Positions 11,451 to 21,920 of a stretch of DNA of 64,000 nucleotides are shown in pieces. Every line of letters begins with the position of its first letter. The stretch's first letter is position 1. Source of the stretch: Myxococcales bacterium (GTDB lineage Bacteria > Myxococcota_A > UBA9042 > JABWCM01 > BTVJ01); contig BTVJ01000001.1 in NCBI GenBank assembly GCA_045863395.1, forward strand, positions 352,001 to 416,000, written 5' to 3'. Both the position numbers and the translations under genes were made by a program. The notes beneath the pieces are model-generated. The model saw nothing but the letters and a program-made list of their open reading frames with translations, did no database searches and was not told the DNA's origin.

Positions 11451-13301
11451 CTAGTCGGGGCGCGTGACGCGGAGCACCTCCTCGAGGGTCGTCATGCCCT
11501 CGAGGAGCTTGGAGAGCCCCGCCTGGCGCAGCGTCTTCATGCCGTGGCGCATGGCCTCGCGCTTCAGCTCGATGGACGAGTAGCCCTGGAGCACGCACTC
11601 CTTGATCTCGTCGTTGAGCGGCATGACCTCGTAGAGAGCGATGCGGCCCTTGAAGCCCGTGTCGTTGCAGTTGCGGCACCCGCGCCCCTTCATGATGACC
11701 GCGGTCGCCGCAACGTCCTCCGGCACGCCGGCCTCCATGAGGACCGCCGGATCCACGGGGATGGGCTCCTTGCACTCCTGGCAGATCTTGCGGGCGAGGC
11801 GCTGGGCAAGGATCAAGTTGAGCGCCGCCGTCACGAGGAACGGCTCCACGCCCATGTTCAGGAGGCGGTTGATGGTCGAGGGGGCGTCGTTGGTGTGCAG
11901 CGTCGAGAGCACGAGGTGGCCCGTGAGCGCGGCCTTGACGGCGATCTCCGCGGTCTCGAAGTCACGGATCTCTCCGATCATGATGATGTCCGGGTCCTGC
12001 CGCAGGAAGGACCGGAGCGAGGCCGCGAAGGACAGGCCGATGCCGTCGTGGACCTGCACCTGGTTGATCCCAGGCAGGTTGAACTCCACCGGATCCTCTG
12101 CGGTGGAGATGTTCTCGGAGCTCTTGTTGAGGTCCTGGAGCGCCGAGTAGAGGGTCGTGGTCTTGCCGGAGCCGGTCGGGCCAGTCACGAGCACCATGCC
12201 CCAGGGCTGGTGGATCGCGTACTGGAAGTTGTCCAGGGGCTGCTGCTCGAAGCCCAGCTTCGTCATGTCGAGCTGGAGGTTGGACTTGTCGAGGATTCGG
12301 AGGACGACCTTCTCGCCGAACAGGGTGGGGAGCACGCTGACGCGGAAGTCCACCTCCTTGTTGTCGCCCATGACCAGCTTGATGCGGCCATCCTGGGGCA
12401 GGCGCCGCTCGGCGATGTCGAGCTGCGCCATGATCTTGAGGCGCGACGTGATCGCGTTTCGCAGCTTCATGGGCGGGCGCATGATCTCGTAGAGCACGCC
12501 GTCGATGCGGTACCGCACGCGGAAGCTGTACTCGTAGGGCTCGACGTGGATGTCGCTCGCGCCGCGCTTGATGGCGTCGATGAGCAGCAGGTTGACCAGG
12601 CGGATGACCGGCGCCTCCTCGGCGTCCCGCATCGCCTGGTCGACGTCGATGCCCTCCTCCTCCTGGTCGACGCGGAACGCCGCCTGGTCGAGGATCTTGT
12701 CGAGCTCCGAGTCGGCCACGCTCCGGGTGTACTGGCCGTAGTACTGCTCCTGGGCCTTGCGGATGGCCGACTCGCTGGAGACGACCACCTCCACGTTGAA
12801 GCCGGTCAGGAACTTGATCTCGTCCATCGCGTAGATGTTCGCCGGGTCGGACATGGCGACGACGATGGAGTTACCGTCCTTGTTGATGGGGATGAGGCTG
12901 TGCTTCTCCGCCATCTCGCGGGAGATCAGCTTCAGCACCTCCTCGTCGACCTCCACCTCTTCCAGGGCCACGGAGGGGACACCGTACTGGCGGCTGAGGA
13001 AGGCGACGAGGTGCGACTCCTGGATGTAACCGAGTCGCGCGAGAGTGTAGGCCAGGTTGCGGCCCGTCTCGCCGGTCTTGCGCTGCGCGTCCTGGAGCTG
13101 CTCCGACGTGATCATCTTGTCGCGCAGCAGCAGCTCGCCCAGGCCCTGGGGCTCCATGCGGGCGGGCGCGTAGTCCGGGGCGCCGCGCGGTGGCTTCGCC
13201 GAGCGGTCCTCTGCCAGGCGCAGCTCGCCCGGGCCCTTGTAGTCGGTGGGCTTGGGGGGCGGTCCTCCGGGCGGGGTGCCGGGCGGGGTGGTCTCGGCCA
13301 T
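11451..13301 (-). CDS. pilB: Type IV pilus extension ATPase PilB
   Basis: N-terminal MshEN-like LGELL segment, GPTGSGKTTT, AEDPVE, Zn-binding CxxC pairs. Confidence 0.95.
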   Translation of the reverse strand: MAETTPPGTPPGGPPPKPTDYKGPGELRLAEDRSAKPPRGAPDYAPARMEPQGLGELLLRDKMITSEQLQDAQRKTGETGRNLAYTLARLGYIQESHLVAFLSRQYGVPSVALEEVEVDEEVLKLISREMAEKHSLIPINKDGNSIVVAMSDPANIYAMDEIKFLTGFNVEVVVSSESAIRKAQEQYYGQYTRSVADSELDKILDQAAFRVDQEEEGIDVDQAMRDAEEAPVIRLVNLLLIDAIKRGASDIHVEPYEYSFRVRYRIDGVLYEIMRPPMKLRNAITSRLKIMAQLDIAERRLPQDGRIKLVMGDNKEVDFRVSVLPTLFGEKVVLRILDKSNLQLDMTKLGFEQQPLDNFQYAIHQPWGMVLVTGPTGSGKTTTLYSALQDLNKSSENISTAEDPVEFNLPGINQVQVHDGIGLSFAASLRSFLRQDPDIIMIGEIRDFETAEIAVKAALTGHLVLSTLHTNDAPSTINRLLNMGVEPFLVTAALNLILAQRLARKICQECKEPIPVDPAVLMEAGVPEDVAATAVIMKGRGCRNCNDTGFKGRIALYEVMPLNDEIKECVLQGYSSIELKREAMRHGMKTLRQAGLSKLLEGMTTLEEVLRVTRPD

Positions 13302-13473
13302 CTGCGACTTCCCTCCTGAAGCGCCGTGAGGCGCGTGGTCGACGGTGGTCCCCGCGCCTCCCCTGCTGCCCTGGGGGCCGGTGCCCTGGCGTCGCCTGGT
13401 GGCTCCTGCGCCAGGAGTTCGGGGGGTGTCAGCCGTCCTGACGGGTTACGCTAGCGAATGCGCGGAACAAGTG

Positions 13474-14823
13474 TCAAGTTTCGTCACCGGCGTGACGCAA
13501 CGCGTCACCGCGGAGCGCCGCGAGGGCCTCCAGCCACGGCAGGAGCGCGCCCTCGGCGCGGTGCCTGTACATGGTCTTCTTGTCGCCCTTGCGCGCGCGA
13601 GCCGTGATCGCAGGGAACAGGGAGTAGTTGACGTTGGTCGGTTGGTAACCGTCACCCAGGTCGCAGGTCACGTGGCGGTGAAGGGCGCCCAGGGCCGTCT
13701 CCGCGGGGGGGAGCGGCGGCTCCTCGCCGCGCAGGCGGGCCCCGAGGAACAGCCCGGCGAGCAGGCCGCACGCCGTGGACTCCACGTAACCCTCGACGCC
13801 GGTGATCTGGCCAGCGAAGGTCAGGCGCTCGTCGGCGCGAAGGCGCAAGGTCTGGTCGAGCAGGCGGGGCCCGTGGATGTACGTGTTGCGGTGCACCGAG
13901 CCGTACCGCAGGAACTCGGCACCCTCGAGGCCGGGGATCGTGCGGAAGATGCGCCCCTGCTCGGGGTACTTGAGCTTGGTCTGGAAGCCGACCAGGTTGT
14001 AGGCCGTGCCCGCCGCGTTCTCGCGCCTGAGCTGCACCACGGCGAAGGGGCGGTGGCCAGTGAGCGGGTCCACCAGGCCAACCGGCTTCATGGGCCCGAA
14101 GGCAAGGCTCAGGGGGCCGCTCGCCGCGATGACCTCGATGGGCAGGCAGCCCTGGAAGTAGCGCGGCTCCTCGAAGTCACGCAGCGGGACCTTCTCGGCG
14201 TCGAGGATCGCGCGCACGAAGGCGTGGTACTGATCCTGGTCGAGGGGGCAGTTCAGGTAGTCGTCCCCCCCCTTGTCGTAGCGGGACTGGGCGAAGACGC
14301 GGGCCCTGTCCAGGCTGTCCGCGTCGACGATGGGGGCGATGGCGTCGTAGAAGTAGAGGCGCTCGGAGCCGGTCAGCGCCACGATGCGCGCCGCCAGCGC
14401 GTCGCTGGTCAGCGGCCCCGTCGCGATGATCGTCGGGGCGTCGGGCAGCGAGGTGACCTCCTCGCGGACCACGTGGATGCGGGGGTGACCGTCGATGGCG
14501 GAGGCGACGGCGGCGCTGAAGGCGTCCCGGTCCACGGCCAGGGCGTCGCCGGCGGGGACGGCGTTGGCGTCGGCCGCACCCAGGATGAGGCTCCCGGCGG
14601 CGCGGAGCTCCTGCTTGATCAGGCCGACGGCGTTGTCCGGGTTCCTGGACCGGAAGGAGTTGGAGCAGACCAGCTCCGCGAGGCCGTCGGTCTGGTGGGC
14701 CGGGCTCCTCCGGTGGGGACGCATCTCGTGGAGCTGGACGTGCAGGCCCAGGGTCGCGAGCTGCCAGGCGGCCTCGCAGCCGGCCAGGCCCCCGCCGACG
14801 ACATGGACGACGGGCGCCGTCAA
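13474..14823 (-). CDS. trmFO: Folate/FAD-dependent tRNA (uracil-54) methyltransferase TrmFO
   Basis: [35 protein letters not shown] start overlapping the topA stop (TTGA). Confidence 0.95.
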   Translation of the reverse strand: MTAPVVHVVGGGLAGCEAAWQLATLGLHVQLHEMRPHRRSPAHQTDGLAELVCSNSFRSRNPDNAVGLIKQELRAAGSLILGAADANAVPAGDALAVDRDAFSAAVASAIDGHPRIHVVREEVTSLPDAPTIIATGPLTSDALAARIVALTGSERLYFYDAIAPIVDADSLDRARVFAQSRYDKGGDDYLNCPLDQDQYHAFVRAILDAEKVPLRDFEEPRYFQGCLPIEVIAASGPLSLAFGPMKPVGLVDPLTGHRPFAVVQLRRENAAGTAYNLVGFQTKLKYPEQGRIFRTIPGLEGAEFLRYGSVHRNTYIHGPRLLDQTLRLRADERLTFAGQITGVEGYVESTACGLLAGLFLGARLRGEEPPLPPAETALGALHRHVTCDLGDGYQPTNVNYSLFPAITARARKGDKKTMYRHRAEGALLPWLEALAALRGDALRHAGDET

Positions 14824-17084
14824 GACAGCTTGCGGGTGTAGCCGCAGCTCTCGTTGGGACACACCACGTCGTTGCGGCCGCGGTACTTGCGCTCACCCAG
14901 GAAGGGGAAGTCGCACTGGGGGCACCTCTCGTCCGGAATCGGGCGATTCCAGGTCGCATAATCACACTTGGGGAAGGTTGAGCAGCTATAGAAGGTCTTT
15001 CCCTTCTTGCTCAGCTTCTCTGTCAGGTATCCTTTGCATCCCTCACGCGGACACGCGACGCCCACCGGGATGGGCATGGTGTGACGGCACTCGGGGTAGC
15101 CGCTGCACGCCAGGAAGCGACCGAACTTTCCGTTCTTGATGATCATGGGCCGGCCGCACTTCTCGCACCTCTGGTCGGTCTCCTCCGCCGCCTTCACTTG
15201 GACGGCGCCGGCGTCGTCGCGCACGTACTCCTTCGTGTTCTTGCACTCGGGGTATGCGGAGCAGCCGAGGAAGGACCCGTTTTTTCCGAACTTGATCACC
15301 ATCTTGGCGCCGCACTTCTCGCACTCGAGATCGGTGGGCAGCTCCTGGCGCTTGACGTCCCGCATCTCGCTCTTTGCGCGGGCCAGGGCGTCCTTGAAGG
15401 TGCCCCAGAAGGTGCCGAGCATTGCCTCCCAGTCCACCTGGCCGTCCTCGATGCTGTCGAGCTCGTCCTCCATCTGGGCAGTGAACTGGGCCGACAGGAT
15501 GCGGGGGAAGTTCTCGACCAGCAGGTCCGTGACGATGGTGCCGAGCTCCGTCGGGCGGAAGCGCCCCTTGTCGCGCTCCACGTACTCCTTGTCGAGGATG
15601 GTGCTGATGATGCTCGCGTAGGTGGAGGGGCGGCCGATGCCCTTCTCCTCCAGCTCGCGGATCAGCGACGCCTCGGTGTAGCGGGGAGGCGGCTGGGTGA
15701 AGTGCTGCTCGCCAGAGAGCGGCGACGCCAGCGTGAGCGCCTCGCCATCGGAGAGGGGCGGCAGCGGGTGGTTCTCGTCGTCGTCCTCGGTGGCGTCCTC
15801 GTCGCGGGTCTCCCGGTAGGCCGCCATGTAGCCGTCGAACTTGAGGATGGAGCCGCTCGCGCGGAACTGGTACGTGCGCTCCGTGCCCGCCGCGTCCACG
15901 TCCACCGAGGTGGAGTCGAAGACCGCGCCGTTCATCTGGCAGGCGATGTAGCGCTTCCAGATCAGGGAGTAGAGGCGGATCTGGTCATCGGAGAGGTACT
16001 GCTTCACCTTGTCGGGCGGGTAGTCCGTCGAGGTGGGGCGGATCGCCTCGTGCGCGTCCTGAGCGCCCTTCTTCGTCTTGTAGACGACGGGGGCGGCCGG
16101 GAGGTAGCGCTCGCCCCAGGTGTCGGCGATGAAGGTGCGCGCGGCCGCGAGGGAGTCGTCCGACAGGCGTGTGGAGTCGGTGCGCATGTAGGAGATCAGG
16201 GCCACCTGGCCCTCGGGGCCAAGCTCGACGCCTTCGTAGAGCTGCTGGGCGACCGACATGGTCTTCTTGGCGGTGAAGCGGTAGAGGCGCGAGGCCTCCT
16301 GCTGGAGCTTGCTCGTGATGAACGGAGGGGCCGGCGAGCGCCGCCGCTCCTTGCGCTGGACCGTGCCGACGGAGTAGCGGGCGCCCGCGAGGTCCGCCAG
16401 GATGGCGTCGGCCTGGGCGGCGTCACCGATGACGGCCTTGTCCTTTCCCACCTTGACGAGGCGCGCCGTGAACTGTGGGGGGACGGAGGCGCCGAGCAGG
16501 GCGTCGATGGTCCAGTACTCCTCGGTCTGGAAGGCCTGCACCTCCCGCTCGCGCTCGACCACGAGGCGCACGGCGACCGACTGGACCCGGCCGGCGGAGA
16601 GGCCGCGGCGCACCTTCTCCCACAGGAGGGGGCTGATCTCGTAGCCGACGAGGCGGTCGAGGATGCGCCGGGCCTGCTGGCTCTCGAAGAGGCGCTGGTC
16701 GAGGGGGCGCGGGTTCTCGATGGCGTACTGGACGGCCTTCTTCGTGATCTCGTTGAAGGTGATGCGCTGGACGTTGTCGTTCTGTTTGCTGATCTCATCC
16801 GCGATGTGCCAGGCGATGGCCTCACCTTCCCGATCAGGGTCGGGGGCGAGGTACACGACGGAGGCAGACCTGGCCGCGTCGCGGATCTTCTTGAGGACGT
16901 TGCTCTTGCCCCGGATGGGGACGTACTTCGGCTTGAAGTGATCGTCGACCTCGACGCCGAGCTCGTTCTTCGGGAGATCCTTCACGTGGCCGACGCTGGC
17001 CTCTACCACGAAGCCGTCCCCCAGGTACTTCTTGATGGTCTTCGCCTTCGACGGCGACTCCACGATGACCAGCGCCTTCGCCAT
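14820..17084 (-). CDS. topA: DNA topoisomerase I with C-terminal Zn ribbons
   Basis: [36 protein letters not shown]4 Zn-finger repeats. Confidence 0.97.
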   Translation of the reverse strand: MAKALVIVESPSKAKTIKKYLGDGFVVEASVGHVKDLPKNELGVEVDDHFKPKYVPIRGKSNVLKKIRDAARSASVVYLAPDPDREGEAIAWHIADEISKQNDNVQRITFNEITKKAVQYAIENPRPLDQRLFESQQARRILDRLVGYEISPLLWEKVRRGLSAGRVQSVAVRLVVEREREVQAFQTEEYWTIDALLGASVPPQFTARLVKVGKDKAVIGDAAQADAILADLAGARYSVGTVQRKERRRSPAPPFITSKLQQEASRLYRFTAKKTMSVAQQLYEGVELGPEGQVALISYMRTDSTRLSDDSLAAARTFIADTWGERYLPAAPVVYKTKKGAQDAHEAIRPTSTDYPPDKVKQYLSDDQIRLYSLIWKRYIACQMNGAVFDSTSVDVDAAGTERTYQFRASGSILKFDGYMAAYRETRDEDATEDDDENHPLPPLSDGEALTLASPLSGEQHFTQPPPRYTEASLIRELEEKGIGRPSTYASIISTILDKEYVERDKGRFRPTELGTIVTDLLVENFPRILSAQFTAQMEDELDSIEDGQVDWEAMLGTFWGTFKDALARAKSEMRDVKRQELPTDLECEKCGAKMVIKFGKNGSFLGCSAYPECKNTKEYVRDDAGAVQVKAAEETDQRCEKCGRPMIIKNGKFGRFLACSGYPECRHTMPIPVGVACPREGCKGYLTEKLSKKGKTFYSCSTFPKCDYATWNRPIPDERCPQCDFPFLGERKYRGRNDVVCPNESCGYTRKLS

Positions 17085-17161
17085 CCTTCCTTCCCTATGC
17101 TCGTGATCCGGGGCCCCTGCTGTTGGGGCAGCAGGACAACTACACACGTCCAGGCCGCTCG

Positions 17162-18313
17162 TCAAATGGAGCGGCGGCCATCCGCTTGTGCGCGAAGGCT
17201 CCACTCGCCGCCGGGGGTGCGCCTCACCGCGCCGGCAAGCTCCATGGCGCCAAGCGCCGCCAGGACGAGCCAGGCAGGCTCGCCCGACCGCTCGGCGAGG
17301 GCATCGACGCCCATCGGGCCCCCTGCCAGGTGGGAGAGGACCCGGGCTGCCCGAGGGTCCGCAGCGATGGCGCTCGTGGGCGCCGAGACGCTGGACGTCC
17401 CGGCTCCACCCGACACCTGGGGCGCGCGGAGCCAGCCAGGAGGGAGGTCCGGGGCCCTGCGGCCGGGCAGAGGCCACCGCGGCGCGCTGGCGTCGATGCC
17501 CATGGCGCGCAGGACGTCCGCCGGGTGCGTGGCGGCGAGGGCCTCTCCCCGCGCGAGGAGGCCGTTGGTGCCTGCGCTGGAGCGGTAGCACACGTCGCCG
17601 GGGACCGCAAGCACGGGGCGGCCGAGGGCGCGCGCCTGGCCGGCGGTCTGGAGCGTGCCGCTGCGCGCGGCCGCCTGCGCGATGAGGACCACCTCGGAGA
17701 GGGCGGCGATCAGGCGGTTGCGGTCGGGGAAGTAGTGGGGGCGGGCCTCGTAGCCCGGGGGGACCTCTGTAAGGAGCAGGCCGCCGTGGCGAAGGACGTC
17801 GTCCAGGAGGGGGCGGGACGACGCGGGCGACGGGTGATCGAAGCCCGAGGCCAGCACGACCACCGTGCGCCCGCCGGCGGCGAGGGTCGAGCGGTGCACC
17901 TCCGCGTCCACGCCGCGGGCGCCGCCGCTGACGATGACCAGGCCCTCCAGGGCGAGGGCGTTGGCGAAGCGCCGCGCGGCCTCGACGCCGTAGAGATCCG
18001 GGTCGCGGGACCCCACGATGGCCACACGGCGCGTGGACGGGCCGAGCAGGCTCACGTCGCCGCGTGCCATGAGCAGGAGCGGGGGGTCCGGGAGGGGCGG
18101 CAGCGCCTGAGGGGCGAGACAGCGTGCGCCGAGGGCGTCCAGGCGCCCGACCTCTGCTGCGGCCCTTCGCTGGACGGCGTCCGGGAGCGCGCTGGCCAGG
18201 GGGAGCCCCCGGGCGCGAGCCTGGCGGCGAGCCTGGGCCGGTGCGCCCCTGGCGGCGACGAGCAGGGCGAGGCAGGCGAGGGCGTCAGGGGAGTCGATGG
18301 CTTCACGTTCCAT
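17162..18313 (-). CDS. dprA: DNA processing protein DprA
   Basis: VAIVGSR, IVSGGARGVD, FPDRNRLIAALS, SGTLQTA, C-terminal winged helix; upstream of topA. Confidence 0.92.
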   Translation of the reverse strand: MEREAIDSPDALACLALLVAARGAPAQARRQARARGLPLASALPDAVQRRAAAEVGRLDALGARCLAPQALPPLPDPPLLLMARGDVSLLGPSTRRVAIVGSRDPDLYGVEAARRFANALALEGLVIVSGGARGVDAEVHRSTLAAGGRTVVVLASGFDHPSPASSRPLLDDVLRHGGLLLTEVPPGYEARPHYFPDRNRLIAALSEVVLIAQAAARSGTLQTAGQARALGRPVLAVPGDVCYRSSAGTNGLLARGEALAATHPADVLRAMGIDASAPRWPLPGRRAPDLPPGWLRAPQVSGGAGTSSVSAPTSAIAADPRAARVLSHLAGGPMGVDALAERSGEPAWLVLAALGAMELAGAVRRTPGGEWSLRAQADGRRSI

Positions 18314-18423
18314 GGGTCACCTCCGGCGGCCCGCTTCGACCCGGGGCTGGTCTGGTGTCGCCCTTTCCTGCATCGGGCGCCTCTGATAGCCTGAGCGGCG
18401 TCCGACCCCACAGGAGGTGCCCG

Positions 18424-19671
18424 ATGACTCGTCCCCGCCCATGGCTGCTCACGGTACTGGTCGCGGCCCTCTCCACTGCCGCCTGCGACGACGGGGAGAC
18501 GGCGGGAGGTGGAGGCTTCGGAGGCGACGTGGCGATCCAGCCGAGCGACACTGGCGGCGGAGGGGGAATGGACGCACCTGGGACCGACGTCTCCGGGGGC
18601 GGCTACGTGGTGAATGCTCAAGCCATGCAGATCCAGAGCGGGGGGCGGACCATCCACATCCGGCGCTACGTCCCGCAGGGGTGCGACGCGACCACGCCGT
18701 GCCCGGGGGTGGTGCTGGTGCCTGACGGCATCCTGGGGGGCGACGAGTTCTTCGGCGACGACGCGCCCGAGCTGCTCGCGGGGGCGGCGCAGGTCATCGT
18801 GGCGCGCTACAACCCGCCAGCCCGAGGGACGGGCACGACCAAGAGCGATGGGGTGGAGGACTACAATGGAAAGGCGGGCCAGGACGCCCTGAAGGACGTG
18901 CTGCTCGCCCTGGACAAGAGCCAGGACACGACGGACAAGATCGGGGTCGTCTCCTTCGGGTTCGGCTTGTCGGCGGCCTCCGCCAGCCTCGCATCCTACC
19001 AGCCGACCAACCTCAAGTTCGTGGACTGGCTGATCGACGTGGAGGGGCCCGTCAACCGCTGCTACATCACCCAGGCGGCGTCCGATGCCGACGCGGGGAT
19101 CACGGGAGACGGCGTGGGGGTGACGGACTCCAAGTGCGACTTCGACAAGTTCGGACTGACCCGCGACGAGGCCTTCCCGACGTCACTGCCACAGGGGGCC
19201 CCGAAGAGCCTGATCTGCTCCAAGGGCGCATTCCCCATCAACCTGACCGGCAAGGACTGCACCGAGGACCTGTGGTGGGCGGACAGGGAGCCCAAGAAGT
19301 TCCTGTCCAAGTTGCAGGGAGCGTACCTGCGATTGCAGATGAAGTACGACCACGTGCAGCCCTCGCGGGCAGGAGCCCTGGTCGGCGTGTACTACGCGAT
19401 CCAGTCGTCGGCCCTGGCGTGGAAGCAGCTCAACGACGTGGAGGCCAACAAGCCGGTCCACACCTGGGGCGACGCCACCTGCGTGCAGGCCGGCTGCTAC
19501 CTGTCGTCGGACCTCGGCAACGCCTTGGCCTTCGGGACCTGCCAGGGCACCTCGTGCGACGGCGACGACAACCCCTTCAAGGCAGTGATGCCCGGCTACA
19601 AGGCCATGACCCTGGCCGTGTTCGCGGAGAAGGTGCTCCCCAAGTATGTCGCGCGGCTGAACGGGCTGTAG
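18424..19671 (+). CDS. Lipoprotein with alpha/beta-hydrolase-like fold
   Basis: AGGAGG RBS; lipobox STAAC; strand/elbow pattern IGVVSFGFG and LIDVEGP; Cys-rich. Confidence 0.65.
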   Translation: MTRPRPWLLTVLVAALSTAACDDGETAGGGGFGGDVAIQPSDTGGGGGMDAPGTDVSGGGYVVNAQAMQIQSGGRTIHIRRYVPQGCDATTPCPGVVLVPDGILGGDEFFGDDAPELLAGAAQVIVARYNPPARGTGTTKSDGVEDYNGKAGQDALKDVLLALDKSQDTTDKIGVVSFGFGLSAASASLASYQPTNLKFVDWLIDVEGPVNRCYITQAASDADAGITGDGVGVTDSKCDFDKFGLTRDEAFPTSLPQGAPKSLICSKGAFPINLTGKDCTEDLWWADREPKKFLSKLQGAYLRLQMKYDHVQPSRAGALVGVYYAIQSSALAWKQLNDVEANKPVHTWGDATCVQAGCYLSSDLGNALAFGTCQGTSCDGDDNPFKAVMPGYKAMTLAVFAEKVLPKYVARLNGL

Positions 19672-19678
19672 GTCGGGA

Positions 19679-20167
19679 TCAGTGCAGCAGGGGGCCGTGG
19701 TCGTCCTCGGGCGCTGCGACGGGGCGCGGGAGCACGAAGGGCGCCGGGTCGAGGTCCTTGAGGATGTCGAGGGTCTCGAAGCGGTAGCCGACCGACGGGA
19801 AGCGGATGGCGTTGTCTTCCAGCTTCGGGATGAACAGGATTGGGTCCCCTGCCAGGTTGTAGCCGAGCTGGAGCAGGGTGCGCTCGTGGACCACAGGCCC
19901 CCCCGGCGGATGGAAGTGGCCGCGCAGGATGTAGAACCCCTCGCTGGGCAGCGCCACGAGCGTCACCGTCCAGTCCGCGTCGCGCACCAGGTAGCCCCGG
20001 TCGTGGAAGGTCCAGCGGTTGTCGGTGTTGACGCGGGGGAGGAGGACGAGGGGAGGGCCCTCCGACGAGTGGTTGTGGAAGTAGACCAGGCGCCCCGCCG
20101 GGACCTGCTCCTCGCGCTCTGTGAGCGGCAGGGTGGTGCGGTAGAGGCCGCAGGGCAAGGCGGCCAT
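19679..20167 (-). CDS. Hypothetical protein
   Basis: ATG overlaps the upstream stop; MAALPCGLYRTT...LVYFHNH; biased codons. Confidence 0.7.
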   Translation of the reverse strand: MAALPCGLYRTTLPLTEREEQVPAGRLVYFHNHSSEGPPLVLLPRVNTDNRWTFHDRGYLVRDADWTVTLVALPSEGFYILRGHFHPPGGPVVHERTLLQLGYNLAGDPILFIPKLEDNAIRFPSVGYRFETLDILKDLDPAPFVLPRPVAAPEDDHGPLLH

Positions 20168-21888
20168 CAGAGCGCGCACCCGGCCGTGGAGGGGATCGGC
20201 GACGGGTCGTAGTTGAACAGCTCGGTGGGCTGCACGAGCTCCAGGTTCAGGTCGATGGAGTTCAGGCCGCCCACGGCCAGCGCGTAGTGGTTCGGCAGAT
20301 AGACGACGTTGTGCATGAAGCGCTGGTGGATCATGGCATCGGCGCGCACCGAGCGGATCTCGGGAGCCCCGCCGGGGACGGTCACGCTCCCGATGACCTC
20401 CGCGGCTCCAACGACCTTGTTGCTCGCGCCGAGGCCGCCGGCAACCAGGATGCGCCCGTCGTCCATCAGGGTCGCCTGGTGCATGGCGCGGGCCGTGCAG
20501 AGGTTGAAGCCGTCCTGGGGACCGGCGAGCGCCTGGCCGTTCTGGGTGTTGATCACCTCGATGCGGTTGACGAGCTTGCTGCGCGCCCGGTCCTGGTAGC
20601 CGCCCAGCACGTACACTGCGTTGACACCGCCCTTCGACACGTACACGGCCTGGTGCCCGACGCGGCCCTTCTCGACCGCGCTGAGGTCGCCGACCAGGGG
20701 CTCCGGGATCTTGCCGTTCGGGAGCATCGCGCCGGCCACCTTGTCGAACACGTCGATGGTCGCCACGGTCTTGGAGCCGTCCTCGCCGCCGATGAAGAAG
20801 ATGTAGTTGTCCTTCTCGACGGCCGTCGCGACGTGGTTCCAGCGGGGCGCCACCAAGCCGCTGTCGGGGGCCTTGGCGCTCGGCCCGAACGCGATGGACC
20901 CCTGCGCTGGGTTCCACACCTCGAAGCTGCCACTGGCCTGCTCCGCGCGCCCCCCGGCCAGCAGGACGAAGACGTCGGTCTTGCCATAGTTGAGCAGCGT
21001 GGCGCTGGAGCCCCACCGCTCGACGAGCAGCGGCATGACGGTGGCGGCGTCGAGCACCTGGCGGGTGTCGGGATCGTACAGCTCCGCGTGGTTGCTGCCC
21101 TGCACCTGGTTGTTGATCAGCGTGATGCCGCCGACGATGGCGACCTTGTTGAGCCCCGGCAGGTAGATCGCGTGATGGAAGGCGCGCGGGTAGAAGAGCT
21201 GTGTGCCGATCAGCGGGTCGAAGGCGCCCGACTCCGGGTCGTAGAGCTCGACCGAGGTCAGGACCTCGGCGATGTTGGCGGGGTTGTCCCAGGGGTTGGG
21301 GTCGCCCGACTGCTCCACGATCTTCGCCTTGTCCGGCTTCATGCGGGCGCCGCCCACGATGAGGACGCGGCCGTCGGGCAGGAGCGTGGTGGAGGCCCCG
21401 TAGCGAGGCTCGTTGAGGGAGGTCGCCTGTCCGCCGGTGAGCTGTGAGGCCGTTGGTGAGAAGCGGTTGACCCGCGTCACCATGACCGCTCCGGTCAGCG
21501 GCGTCGGTGCCTGGCTGGAGACCTTGAGCCGCTTCGAGCAGCCTCGGCCGAGCAGCGCGCCGGTGCATGGCTCGGTGCTCGGGGCGTAGAGCTCCACGAT
21601 GACCTGAAAGTCCAGATCGAACGGGGCGGCGGGAATCTCCAGCACGGACCCGGGACCGTAGGCGGTGCACTTCGACTGGGCGGCGAGCTGGGAGCCGCTG
21701 ATGGACACGCGAACGTCCCCAATGGGTGACGCCGTGTTCGTCCACGGGTTGAAGAGCGGGTCCGTGGGAGAGAACACCGAGAGGCTCAGGAGCTTGGAAG
21801 GCGACGACGCCTCCTCGGTCTCGCAGCCGATACCGGTGACCGTCGCGAGCGCGGCCAAGCCGACGGTGATGATGCGCAGCGTCCTCAT
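20167..21888 (-). CDS. Kelch-repeat (beta-propeller) lipoprotein
   Basis: Lipobox-like GIGC; repeated R-x-x-H-x-A...GG and ELYDP Kelch motifs. Confidence 0.85.
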   Translation of the reverse strand: MRTLRIITVGLAALATVTGIGCETEEASSPSKLLSLSVFSPTDPLFNPWTNTASPIGDVRVSISGSQLAAQSKCTAYGPGSVLEIPAAPFDLDFQVIVELYAPSTEPCTGALLGRGCSKRLKVSSQAPTPLTGAVMVTRVNRFSPTASQLTGGQATSLNEPRYGASTTLLPDGRVLIVGGARMKPDKAKIVEQSGDPNPWDNPANIAEVLTSVELYDPESGAFDPLIGTQLFYPRAFHHAIYLPGLNKVAIVGGITLINNQVQGSNHAELYDPDTRQVLDAATVMPLLVERWGSSATLLNYGKTDVFVLLAGGRAEQASGSFEVWNPAQGSIAFGPSAKAPDSGLVAPRWNHVATAVEKDNYIFFIGGEDGSKTVATIDVFDKVAGAMLPNGKIPEPLVGDLSAVEKGRVGHQAVYVSKGGVNAVYVLGGYQDRARSKLVNRIEVINTQNGQALAGPQDGFNLCTARAMHQATLMDDGRILVAGGLGASNKVVGAAEVIGSVTVPGGAPEIRSVRADAMIHQRFMHNVVYLPNHYALAVGGLNSIDLNLELVQPTELFNYDPSPIPSTAGCAL

Positions 21889-21920
21889 GCTTCGTTTCCT
21901 CGGGATCCAACCCTGCGGGT

